Shown: positions 36,125 to 47,374, counted from the stretch's first letter. The stretch: 64,000 nucleotides of DNA from Selaginella moellendorffii (GCF_000143415.4 NW_003314433.1:87352-151351); one strand, 5' to 3'. Notes: a model not told the origin generated them from the sequence alone. Numbers and translations: made by a program.

Positions 36125-37079
36125 AGTCTTTGTTAAATAAAACTAAAATCATAGATATATCTCAATGTAAAATACCTTTGTAAATCCATATTGTTTTATA
36201 ATCCAAGGTTATAGGATGGATATTAAAATATTTAGCCATGATTGTCTTTTAGTCAATTTCTTTCACAATTTTAGTTTTCATATCGAAATGTCATTAATAT
36301 GAAATCATTTGATTAGTTTTTCCTTCACTTGGATTATTAAAAATTCAATACTGAAATAAACTTGAAACATTAGAATAAACATGAAATAATATTTTAGAGC
36401 AATAATGCAAACTTACCTCATTGACTTCTATTACAAAATATAGCCTAATCATTCCAAAGACATATAACAATAACTATATAAAGCATATTTATTTACCTTC
36501 ATCTTGCCAAATCACCTTGTAAAAATATAGATTGATGATCTGCTTTAGAATGGTGTTTGTTAAATAAAACTAAAAATTTAAATGTTAAATACCTTTGCAG
36601 ACCTATATTTTTCTTTCTTCTAGGATTATGAGATGAAGAGCAAAACATATAATTAATGATTTACTTTAAATGCCCTACATAGCGTTTGTTAGATAAAACT
36701 AAAAGCATGGATATATTTCAATATAAAATACCTTTGTAAATATATATTGTTTTATCATCCAAAGTATGGGATAAAAAATAAATTATTTGGTAGTTTTTCC
36801 TTCATTTAAAGCATTAAAAATTCAACACTGAAATGAACTTAAAACATTAGAATAAACAGGAAAGAATAATTTGGAGTTATAATGCAAACTTACCTCATTA
36901 ACTTCTGCTATAAAATATACCCCAATCATACCAAAGACATATAATAATAACTATATAAAGCATATTTATTTACCTTAGTTTTACCAAACCACCTCATAAA
37001 AATTTAAATTGATGATCTATTTTAAAATGGTGTTTGTTAGATAAAACTAAAAACTTAAATATTAAATACCTTTGCAGAC

Positions 37080-40000
37080 TCATATTTTTTTTCCCTCTAA
37101 GATTGTGAGATGAAGAGCAAAATATTTTTCCATGATCATCTCCTGCTTTTCTTCTTTCTCAAATTTAGTTGTCACTAGCTTAAATATCTTTTGTACATCT
37201 TCTACTTTGGGATTTGTAGTTAGTTTGCTTTTGAGAAGAAATGAATCCAAAAAACTTATGAGGCTTCCCTTGATTTCGTCTACTATTGCATTCACAGTCT
37301 CTCCAACACCAGCAAAATGTCCTCCAACTTTAGCCCCAATAAATAATAGAATCAATGTATATTTAAATACTGGAGCAAATTTCTTGAGCCAGTTTGGTGG
37401 GAGATCCACTTCAATACCTTCAGAACTCTGCACTTGATGAGCTTTAAAAGTTCCTTCAAGCTATTCACACAAGTAGTGAAGTTTAACATGTGTTCCCAAT
37501 ATTTTGTTGTAATTTTTCCACCTATTATTCTCATCAAGAATATATGGATATTTTGGGCAATCTATCTCCAATTTCAATAATACTTGCAAACACTTTGTAT
37601 GGATTGCATTCACTTTATCCATGATAGACTTTAGTCCATTTTTGAGCTCGTTAAGGATTACTTCAATGTCATCAAGTTTTGTATCCAACTTGTCAAAACG
37701 GTTCTCCATTTTATCAAACTTCTTATCAAAATATCTGAAGATTGCATTGAGTTTTGAGTCTTCAATATTCGGAAACTCAACAACATCTGATGATACTTTG
37801 GGAATTGTGACTTCTCCAACCTCCTCATAGTCCTTCAAAAATTCATAAAGTTCAATAAACTTCTTTACCCCTTCATGTTTTTGCTCGTTAGGCATCAATA
37901 GCTTAGCCAAAGCATTCTCATCTGAGACTTTCAAATCGTTAATCACATCCCAACTCTCTACTTCATGTGAATCATTCCAAGTGTGAGAGTAGTCTAAACC
38001 GCTTTCTCTTGCTTCACATTTGACTTGTTTTAATGGATAAATAACTGCATCCCATGATTTTGGTTTGCCCACATTATTTAGTATCCTTCTCCACACATAA
38101 CCAATATTCTTCTTGCAATAGTGTTGGCATTATCAACTCTTTGGGCAAGTTATGCCAATTCCCATCCCATGTATCATCCCTAGGCAATATCACTCCCATC
38201 TCATGGAGCACTCCAAGAATGTACTCCACTATTTTGTCTTGGTTCCCACATTGTTGCTTCAACTGATGTTTAACTCTGTGTGTTTCCATTTGACTTTTGA
38301 GTTTGCTTGTCTCAGTATGTATGAAGAGTTGCACCACATCCCTCATAAACCATTGGACATCTAAGATGACAAATTGAGACACAATGTCGTCCTCTTCATG
38401 TCCCAAGCCAAAGTAAATTGCATCACCAGAATCATGTGGAAATTGCAAGACGAATTTGAGAACATTCTTGGAACTCCTGTGAGGCAAAAGGATTTTGCCA
38501 ACTTTATCTAGGGGTATGACCTTCTTGTGACTTGGATCTTGTACCAATTTCCTCTTTGCTTTGAGACATTCCCGTGGTATTTGTTGCTGGGCTGACAGCA
38601 GTTCTTCCAAGCAACTCCCCAACATGGTTTTTATCCCCCTTAAATCTTTCACTCGAGTGGCCACCACCTCAAAACAAAGATCTGTCCCAAACTCAAGTAC
38701 TTGCCCATAGCCTTTGTCAGAGATTATTGCAGAAACCACGTCCTTTGGGTCATAGTTGCATTTTGGAGTGAAAAAATTCAAGGCAATCAAGACCTTGGGC
38801 TTCCTTTTGGGTGAGGCTGATTGATGTGAAGCGATGAACCTCAGCCAGTAAACCAAATTCTGCTTGAAAACGTCACAATTGTCATCCTCCACCTTGCATA
38901 CGATCAAGAAGAGATCCTTCTCACTTCCTCTAAGAAAGTACTGGTGGAAAACATGGAACTCTTCCTGTCCAGCCAGGTCGCAAATGAGTAGCTTTTGTTT
39001 GGTGGTTGCATAGACAAGTGGTTGCAGCTCAATGCCTGCTGTTGAAGCATGCCTTTGGAGACATGATGGAAACCAAGACACTCTGCGGCAGAGGTTGTTT
39101 TTTATTGTGGTTTTTCCAACCCCGCTAGCACCACACAAGAAGAGCTTTGCTGTTGACGGGTTGTCAAAGTCTTTGAATGCACTCTGCTGGAAGATTGCAT
39201 TCCGCTCTAAAAGACCAGAACACCTCTGCTTGAAAGCTTCAGAAGCTTCGGAATCATTGCCTATATCAAGCTCTTCCACGAGGCTTTGGTAGTTTTCCTC
39301 CAGGGCAGCCAGAATTTGTCTTTTCTGTGCATCACTTCCAAGATCAGGAGCCCTGAATCTGCGCACCTTGCATTTTGGATCCCCCAGCAACTGGCAAAGA
39401 TCTTCCAGCTTTTCAAAATTTGGCTGAGATATTCTCAAGTCTTCAATGCTGCTTCCCAAAAGGCACCTCCATGGCAGTTCCGAGTCACATATCAAAGATT
39501 TCAGATACTTGCACCTGGTGATAGCTTTCCAAAAGAGCTCCCCATTCGTGATTTTGCACTCCGATATACCCAAATGCTCCAGTTGGCTCTTCTCTATGCC
39601 CTCGGCAAACTCCAACGTTAACTCATCTTCTCCTCCCGCGCTACCCCATATTTCCAAATGGCGCAGCTTACAATGTGGACTTGAGAGAGCTGACCACAGA
39701 CTGCTGTCCCAGACCATTCCTCCTCCCTCGTTGGGACAATCAAGGTTGAGCTTGATCAGCTTGCAATTGGGATTTTGTAGCGCTTTGCCCAACCATCCAC
39801 CACCATCACCTGGATAAAGTCTAACGCTGAGTTCCTCCAAGCCACACTTAGCGCTGCTCAGGGCCTCACCCAGGCCCGTTGCATTGCTCAGGTCCTCACT
39901 CTGTCTCATTCTTCGGCAATCTAAAACTGAGAAGCTGGTGCCCTCCTGAAGAGCCTTGCATACCCATGGCAACACTCCAGCATCAGTATCCCGAGATAGG

Positions 40001-40953
40001 TCTAGTCTTTGCAGTGAACAGTTTGGACTAGTGAGTGCCTTGAAGAGTGCTTCACCTGCCTCCTCTGGAAATGATGCCGTCAGTTCTACTAGCTTATTGC
40101 AAATGCCATTCTGAAATGCCTGTTCCCACCCTTCCTTGCCAATGTCCTTATCTAGGATGGCTAACTCTTCCACCTTGCACTCCTGACTTGCCAGATCCCT
40201 ACTCAATTTCCCAAATCCTTCCACTGTCATCCTGTTCGAAGCCAAGGCGAGACGTTTCAAGTTGTTTCCTGGTTTCCTAAGGAGTTGGCTAAGGAGAGTC
40301 TCTGGGTTCCCAACCTTGTCCAACCCGAGCTCTGTCAAGCAGTCGAGCTGAGCAAAGGCCAACTCAAGCTCCTGAGGTGGTGTGAGGATGTCTTTGCCTT
40401 CCCAATAGATACCTAGCCCTTTCAAGACTTTGAATTCCTCTGTCATCATCAGTAGCTTTGCAAACCTCTGCACCTCAATCTGGCCAATATCTTGTCCCTG
40501 CTGAGGAGGAGCAATGCCCTCTGCCACCCTTTGCATCCGATCACTGGGAATGCCCAACCTACAAGCGACCCTGGCAGCGAAGTGGATGAATCTGATGTCG
40601 AGCTGTGGTACCAAAGCGGCCTTGAGAATGTCAATGTGAGCAGCAGCAGCAGCAGCAGACGAACTGCCATCACCAGGAGCATCTCCCACATCCAGAGCCC
40701 TGTCTAAACTGGGTGGATTTGAAATGCACCAGTTGAGCACACCAACCAGATCCTCCTCTGTGCCTCCAAAACTCTCGACGGTAGCACTCACCTTATCAAC
40801 AAACTCGCCTTCGGATAGCTCCAGCCTCGAGAAAAGCCCACAAGAAAAGCCAATCGCATTGAAGTGCCGCTTGTTGTCCCGCTTCGCTGCGAGAGCCTCC
40901 TTGATCTCCTTGACAGAGCCACAGCTGATCCACACTCGTCGCTCCTCCTCCAT
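37080..40953 (-). pseudogene. TORNADO1-like LRR-Roc-COR, copy 2; 959-aa ORF (38074-40953) followed by a broken C-terminus
   Basis: LRR and Roc intact (GASGVGKT, DLAGQEEFH). A deletion in COR joins LQEEY to the YVWRRIL region out of frame, and there is a stop at LCE*. Confidence 0.88.
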
Positions 40954-41183
40954 GGAAGTTTGCCCTGGATCGAAGGGTATTTACAGGTATTCCCAGAGGT
41001 ATGGTGAGTCCTTTCTTCACTATTGAGAGTGGCCCTGTGCCACGTGGCTAGTCCACGTGGAGAGACACGAGTCTTCACCGGTTCACCATGTGACACATAT
41101 GTACATTTTCCATTCCATATATGCTATGACGGATCTTGAGCACCATCACACGGTTTCACCTTTCGTTAGATGGTATCGGAGCA

Positions 41184-41324
41184 ATGCCTGGGAGAGCGCA
41201 AAGAATACGAAACCGTAGGATCAGGGCGACACTCGCTAGGGTGAATCGGAGCCTCCGTCTACGTAGACAGAGGCGTGCCCTAATCCAAGCGCTCCAGGCC
41301 TTGCAAGAGGCACTGGACGACTAA
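41184..41324 (+). CDS. Putative 46-aa Arg-rich leader ORF of the outer copia
   Basis: ATG begins 2 nt after the PBS ends. MPGRAQRIRNRRIRATLARVNRSLRLRRQRRALIQALQALQEALDD. Stop is ~50 nt before the gag ATG. Confidence 0.5.
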   Translation: MPGRAQRIRNRRIRATLARVNRSLRLRRQRRALIQALQALQEALDD

Positions 41325-41373
41325 GAACCTGGACCTAGACTTGAACGAGTGGTGGGATTGGGTGTCGGCACCC

Positions 41374-42624
41374 ATGGCAGCCACTGTTCCTACAAATCCG
41401 CCTCCAAATCCACCACCTATTTCCCCTCCCATCACAAATCCGACTGTGCCTACAGCGGATATCATTTCAGTGGACGCAAATCCACCAAAATTTGATGGGA
41501 GGAACTGGCGCTTCTGGAAGACAAAATTCGAATCCTATATGGATGAACGAGGCCTCTGGGACATCACCACAGGAACTGAGACACTTCCAGATACAGCTAC
41601 AGTGGATGAAACTGCGAAGTATCGCAAGAAGGACCGGAGAGCTTTGGGCAAATTCCATGCAGCGCTGGAGGGGCGAGAATTCCATTGCATTGGACGGTGC
41701 AAGAGTGCAAAGGAAGCGTGGGAGGCCATGAAGCAGACTTACCAGATCCCTTCAACATCCCATCGCATATTTTTACGGAAGCAGCTTCATGCATTGGTGA
41801 TGGTTGAAGGGGATGATCTCAAGGATCATCTTGCTGGTGTGAGAACCATCTTAGATGATCTTAAGGATGTAGGTGCAAACATAGAGGATGAAGAAGAAGC
41901 AGAGCTGGTGCTCGTCACACTTCCTCCATCCTTTGATCCTCTCATACGTAGCCTCACTACCACTGGAACTCCTCTAACCCTGAATGGCGTGATCAGTAGC
42001 CTCCAGGACGATGATCTGAGACGAAGAGCAACAACAGGATCAGAGGCCGTTGCATTCTACTCTTCTCTCAGGAAAGAAACAGTGAACAAAGGGAAACAAG
42101 GAGCCTCTTCATCCAAGAAGCCCAAGTGTTCTCATTGCAACAAGAAAGGCCATGACGAAGCTCAATGCTGGGTGAAAAATCCATCTCTCAAGCCTGTAAG
42201 GAACAATGCAAAGAAAAAGGTGGTACACGCCTTCATCTTGTCACGAGCTATGGCTGTGGCAGCACTGTCTGCAGAGTGCATCTACCTGGATTCTGCTGCC
42301 ACAGACCATATGTTCAACAGTGATAAGTACTTTGAAGCCTATGTTCCTACAGCCACAGAGGAGTATGTCATCGTTGGCAATGCCCAGCAGCTTGCTGTGA
42401 AAGGAGTTGGAACCATCAAGTTCACTTTACCACAAGGAATAGTCGTAAAGATCCACGAGGTTCTTTATATTCCTGGTTTATGTGCTAATTTGTTCTCTGT
42501 GGGACAATTTGCTGAGGATGGGTATCAGTTCGCCATTACACCTCGCCAATTCCAGCTGATCTCGACCACAGGAGCCATCCTCACAGCGTCCCGGCCTGGA
42601 CGGCGTGACCTCTACCGCCTTACC
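41374..42624 (+). CDS. Outer copia Gag-protease (5' part of polyprotein)
   Basis: PKFDGRNWRFWK; zinc knuckle CSHCNKKGHDEAQC; protease YLDSAAT. Joins 47375 in frame once the nested element and one TSD are removed. Confidence 0.93.
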
Positions 42625-42892
42625 TGTGGTATTATGAAACGGTGTTGTGTTATTATTATGACGGTTGATACATGGTTAAATGTATGGGTTTATCGTGACG
42701 ATCCGTGGCGGCGTCTGGATCGCTCACGTGGCTGTGTGCTGACGTGGTCTTGTTCACTCCCACACTCCTCCTCAAGGCCAACGTCTAAGGTCAGCCCAAG
42801 TGCCTTCGTGAAGACTTCATGTTTAACACGAGGAAGTGGTTTTGTTAGCACGTCCGCTAGCATGGAGTTTGTCGGGCAGAACTCCAGCTCGA

Positions 42893-45800
42893 TCATTCCT
42901 CTCTGGATCTGGAGTTCTTGGTCAAAGCTATTGCAGACTGGTTGTCACACAATAGCTTGACCACGCCCGTGTTGATTTGTAGATCCTGGAGAAGTCCCTT
43001 CAGCCACGCTGCTTCCTTGGTTGCAGCTGCTGCAGCTATGTACTCAGCCTCGGTACTCGACATCGCTGTAATAGCCTGTCGTTTGCTGCACCAGCTTGCG
43101 ACATTTCCATTTAGCAGGAAAACGTAGCCTGTGGTTGACTTCCTGTTGTCTGGATCCCCGGCCCAATCAGCATCAGAGTAACCAGCCAGCTTGTTGCCGC
43201 TCTCGCCTCTGGAGTACTTTAAACTTAGCTGGTTAGTCCCTGCCACGTACCTCATAATACGTTTCAAAGCCTGCCAGTGTGCTGTGGAGGGACGGTCCAG
43301 GTACTTCGCCACTGTTCCCACAGCATACGCAAGGTCAGGCCGAGTGGAGATTACCAGGTAGATCAGGCTGCCGACCATAGAGCGATAGACTGCTCTAGAT
43401 GCTTTCTCCTCCTCGGGAGATTGATCAAGGTACTCTCCACTCTCAGCAGATAATTTCGTGCCTGTTTCCATGGGAGTAGCAACCGGATTAACATGAGCAA
43501 GGCCATACCTCTGGAGCACGTCGGAAACATATTTTGCCTGGCTTAGCTCCAGAGTGCCTCGTTCCCTGTTGCGCGTCACCTGGATACCGAGGCAGAAATG
43601 CAACTCACCGAGGTCTTTCATGGCAAATTTAGCGCCAAGGTACGTTTTAAATTTGTGGATCAAACGTAGCTGATTTGCCACGAGAATAGCATCGTCCACA
43701 TATAGCGCAAGGAACAAATAGCCCTCAGCGTCAAAATATATGTAGAGGTTACAATCAGCAGCACTGCGCACGAAACCAAGGGAAATTAGAAAAGAATCTA
43801 TTTTCGTGTACCATTGGTGCTTGAGTCCGTAGAGAGCTTTGTTAAGCTTGCAAACGAGGTGTTCTTCTCCAGGCTGGATAAAACCAGGAGGCTGAGCCAT
43901 ATACACCTCTTCATCGATGTCGCCGTTAAGGAACGCAGTACAAACGTCAAGTTGATGGAGCTCGAGATCCAATTCTGCAGCTAAGATTAGTAGCATACGA
44001 ATGGTTGTGAGTTTCACCACCGGGCTGTAAGTCTCCGAGTAGTCCAGCCCATGAACTTGAGAAAATCCGCGTGCCACAAATCTCGCCTTGTAGCGCTCAA
44101 TGCTTCCATCAGCGTTGTACTTTTTCTTAAACAACCACTTGGATGAGACGAGCTTTCTGCGAGCTGGAAGTTCAACCAGCGACCAAGTGTTGTTTTTCTG
44201 GAGAGAATCATACTCCTCCTGCATAGCTGCCTGCCAGTGTTCAGCTTCTGGTCCATGTAGAGCCGCTTGGGGACCGAGAGAGGCAGGTGGAGCCGACAGA
44301 GCCCAGAAGTAGGCACGCTTTCCTATAGGCATCGCCTCCTTGGCTTTAAGAGATGGTTTCACGACACGACCCGAGCGTGTCACCACTGCTGTGCCGGCTG
44401 GAGGAGGTGGTAGCTTGGGAATGCTAGGAGGAGTGGTGGCATCTTGATATAACTCGTCGCCAACGAACAGGTCAGCCACAAGCGTGGAAAGATCTGGCTG
44501 TTCATTGGTGCTTGAGGATGCAGCCGCTGTGGCCTGTGGAGTCGTCAGAGGAGGTGTCGAAGGAAGAGAAGTACCGTGATCAGCTCCTCCTGCCAGATCG
44601 CCTCCTTCGGGCGCTCCTTCAGCAACTCCTCCTGGCTCTGCAGCGGCTGGATTGTCTGGTGCTGGGTGGAGATGTGGAACGTCGTCCAAAATCTCAGAAA
44701 GATCCACCAGAGATGGTGGAGAAACAGGAGGGAGTCTCAGGGTATCTCGATAAAGACGAGCTTCATCAAACACCACATCTCGGCTCACCACCAGTTTCCT
44801 GCGCTGGCAGTTATAGAGTCGATAGGCTTTTACCTGGGTGTGATAGCCCATGAAGATGCATTTCTCGCTCTTGGGATCCAGCTTCCGCCGCTGAACATCG
44901 GGGATGTGGGCGTAGGCTATGCAACCAAACACCCTCAAGTGCCCTAACTTGGGGCGCTTCCCAGTCCATACTTGAAACGGCACCTGTCCTGTGGAACGTG
45001 TTGGCAGCCGGTTCCGGAGGTACACTGCTGTGTTGAGTGCCTCTCCCCAAAACACCTTGGGCATGCCAGCGTGCTGGAGAAGGCAGCGTACACAGTCCAT
45101 AAGTGTCCTGTTCAGGCGCTCGGCGACCCCATTCTGCTGCGAGGTGTGGGCTGCGGTGTACTCGTGGTGGATGCCAGCCTGAGCAAGAAATGCCAGAAAC
45201 TCCTTGCTCATATACTCACCGCCGCCATCTGAACGTAGTGTCCGGATGGTACAGCCAGTGGCATTTTCTGCCCAGCTTTTGTAGACCTGGAAGTGATGGT
45301 AGACCTCTCCCTTGTGTGCCATGAGAACAGCCACCGCATAGCGTGAGTAGTCGTCAATGAACGAAACGAAGTACCGCTTGTGACTGAGAGTTGCTTCTGG
45401 CACATGGCACACATCCGTGTGTACCAGCTGAAGAAATCCTGAGGCGCCATCTTCTGGACTTCTGCGTGGAAAGGGTAGTCTTGGCTGCTTCCCCAGTTGG
45501 CACGTCTCACATACTCCCAGTTGGCTGGCACCGGTGAGGGTAAAGTCATCAGCAAGCTTGTGGCTAGCAAGTAGCTGGATGTCGTGAGAATTGGCATGCC
45601 CTAGCCGAGCGTGCCAGAGCTGGAGAGAGTTGGCAGCCCAGGAGCTGGGGCGAATTGCAAGCAAATGCCCCTGCTCGTGAGTTGAGAGGATCAACTGAGC
45701 ATTGAGCTTGTAGAGAGTCTCAGCTCGTCTACCAAAAGCTACTGGATGGCCAGTCTCGTCAAAGATGGTGCATCCGTCTGCGTTGAAGAGTGTTGAGAAG

Positions 45801-46960
45801 CCTTGATCTGCTGCTACACCAACTGAGAACACTGTCTGTCCTGCTTCTGGTACGTAGTAGACCTGGTTCACGAGCTTCTCAGCTCCACTCTCCAACTTTA
45901 TGACCGTTCCTTGTCCTTCCACTGTTAAGGGGCGTTTGTCTCCTACAAAGACTTGCTTCTCCTGCTCCAGTGGCCGGTACTTGTGAAAAGCTCTCTTCAA
46001 TGGTGTGAGGTGCATCGAGGCTCCAGAATCCATCCAGAGCACTTCGGCTTCGGACACAGTGGATGAAGATGCAGCGAGCGTCATCATCAACATCGTGTCA
46101 GGTTGGCGTGAAGAAGAGCTTCTTTCAGCGCGAGCTTTCTCTGCGGCTTTCTTGATCCGGCATTCACGCTCCACGTGGCCAGCTTTGCCGCAGTAGTTAC
46201 ATGGGCCCTTGCGTTTTTTATTGGTTGCAAATCCAGGGCTGGGAGAAGGGCTCTTTTGTCCTCGAACAGGGCCATCTCGTTTCTTCCCACCCGATTGCTT
46301 TCCCATGATCAAGGCCTGCTCCACCCGAGCAGCCTGAGAGGGCGCCTTTTGTCTCCGCTCGTTCTGCTTTCGTTCTTCCTCGATCAGGTCCGAGTAGAGC
46401 GAGTCCAAGTCCTTTCCAGGTACAGCCGAGAGCATCGATGCGAAAGGTTGGAGATCAGGGGAGACAGAGCTTAGAAGGAATGCCTTAGCTTGGTCAATGG
46501 TGATTGCCGCTTCCGCGTCCTTCAGCTCGGTGATCATCGCTTTAAACTTTCCAATGTAAGTGGCCATGGTGTCATCAGGTTGCATTCTCATCGTGAAGAA
46601 CCTTTGTGTTAGCACCACCTTAGCATTGGCAGCTTTGGCAGCGAAGATTTGTGTAAGGGATGTCCAGTTCTGGTGGGCTGTTTTGGTAAGATCAAGGAGA
46701 TGAACGAATTCATCCCCAAGACCTAACCCGATGACAGAGAGCGCTTTTCGATTCTTGGAGTCCCAGTCGAGCCGTTGGGTTACATCCGCAGCAGCCGGAC
46801 GTTGAGTCGTTCCATCCACTATAGGCCAGCAGTCCTTGGCCAAAAGGATAAGCTGTACTTTTGTTTTCCAAGTGGAGAAATTCTGTCCCGTGAACTTTTG
46901 GAGAAGTTTCTCCCAGCCCCCAGAGTCCCAAGAATTTCCTGCTGCGTTAGCAGAAGACAT
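42893..46960 (-). CDS. Inner copia Gag-Pol polyprotein; RNase H tail broken by a deletion/frameshift
   Basis: CNYCGKAGHVEREC, WMDSGAS, LWHARLGH, VHTDVC..RSDGGGEY..QQNGVAER, LYVDD, YSDADWAGD. The expected H.RTKHI segment is missing and the tail ADVLTKPL is in another frame (42690-42896). Confidence 0.95.
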   Translation of the reverse strand: MSSANAAGNSWDSGGWEKLLQKFTGQNFSTWKTKVQLILLAKDCWPIVDGTTQRPAAADVTQRLDWDSKNRKALSVIGLGLGDEFVHLLDLTKTAHQNWTSLTQIFAAKAANAKVVLTQRFFTMRMQPDDTMATYIGKFKAMITELKDAEAAITIDQAKAFLLSSVSPDLQPFASMLSAVPGKDLDSLYSDLIEEERKQNERRQKAPSQAARVEQALIMGKQSGGKKRDGPVRGQKSPSPSPGFATNKKRKGPCNYCGKAGHVERECRIKKAAEKARAERSSSSRQPDTMLMMTLAASSSTVSEAEVLWMDSGASMHLTPLKRAFHKYRPLEQEKQVFVGDKRPLTVEGQGTVIKLESGAEKLVNQVYYVPEAGQTVFSVGVAADQGFSTLFNADGCTIFDETGHPVAFGRRAETLYKLNAQLILSTHEQGHLLAIRPSSWAANSLQLWHARLGHANSHDIQLLASHKLADDFTLTGASQLGVCETCQLGKQPRLPFPRRSPEDGASGFLQLVHTDVCHVPEATLSHKRYFVSFIDDYSRYAVAVLMAHKGEVYHHFQVYKSWAENATGCTIRTLRSDGGGEYMSKEFLAFLAQAGIHHEYTAAHTSQQNGVAERLNRTLMDCVRCLLQHAGMPKVFWGEALNTAVYLRNRLPTRSTGQVPFQVWTGKRPKLGHLRVFGCIAYAHIPDVQRRKLDPKSEKCIFMGYHTQVKAYRLYNCQRRKLVVSRDVVFDEARLYRDTLRLPPVSPPSLVDLSEILDDVPHLHPAPDNPAAAEPGGVAEGAPEGGDLAGGADHGTSLPSTPPLTTPQATAAASSSTNEQPDLSTLVADLFVGDELYQDATTPPSIPKLPPPPAGTAVVTRSGRVVKPSLKAKEAMPIGKRAYFWALSAPPASLGPQAALHGPEAEHWQAAMQEEYDSLQKNNTWSLVELPARRKLVSSKWLFKKKYNADGSIERYKARFVARGFSQVHGLDYSETYSPVVKLTTIRMLLILAAELDLELHQLDVCTAFLNGDIDEEVYMAQPPGFIQPGEEHLVCKLNKALYGLKHQWYTKIDSFLISLGFVRSAADCNLYIYFDAEGYLFLALYVDDAILVANQLRLIHKFKTYLGAKFAMKDLGELHFCLGIQVTRNRERGTLELSQAKYVSDVLQRYGLAHVNPVATPMETGTKLSAESGEYLDQSPEEEKASRAVYRSMVGSLIYLVISTRPDLAYAVGTVAKYLDRPSTAHWQALKRIMRYVAGTNQLSLKYSRGESGNKLAGYSDADWAGDPDNRKSTTGYVFLLNGNVASWCSKRQAITAMSSTEAEYIAAAAATKEAAWLKGLLQDLQINTGVVKLLCDNQSAIALTKNSRSREE

Positions 46961-46997
46961 TCTATCTATTAATCTAAGAATAGATTAAACAGAGAAT

Positions 46998-47204
46998 TTA
47001 GAAAGGACGGCGTGGAGAAGAATCGTGAAAAACTCGGCCGCAACAAGGGCACACCATCCGGCAGGCTGGGCAAAGAGCTTGTTGGCGCTTTCGGTCCTGG
47101 ATCTTCCGCTCCACCCGCGCCAGCACTGCCAAAGCCCTCGCGCGCTCCTGAGCCAAGGGTTCCTGGCCCCTTTGATTCTTCATCTGCCACTGTCCTCTTG
47201 CCAT
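46998..47204 (-). CDS. Putative 68-aa leader ORF of the inner copia (basic helix plus CxxC-x3-CxxC)
   Basis: ATG ~14 nt after the PBS. ..ERARALAVLARVERKIQDRKRQQALCPACRMVCPCCGRVFH... Stop is 37 nt before the gag ATG. Confidence 0.5.
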   Translation of the reverse strand: MARGQWQMKNQRGQEPLAQERARALAVLARVERKIQDRKRQQALCPACRMVCPCCGRVFHDSSPRRPF

Positions 47205-47374
47205 TAGATCGTTCGCTGCTCCGATACCATGTGGTATTATGAAACGGTGTTGTGTTATTATTATGACGGTTGATACACGGTTAAATGTATGGGTTTATCG
47301 TGACGATCCGTGGCGGCGTCTGGATCGCTCACGTGGCTGTGTGCTGACGTGGTCTTGTTCACTCCCACATTACC

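Larger units (their letters stand above)
42625..47369 (-). mobile_element. Ty1/copia LTR retrotransposon (inner, nested, opposite orientation)
   Basis: 140-bp LTRs at 42625-42764 and 47230-47369 (TGTGG..CCACA, 1 mismatch seen). TSD TTACC at 42620-42624 and 47370-47374. PBS at 47218-47229 (minus strand). PPT gaggaggag next to 42764. Confidence 0.97.
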
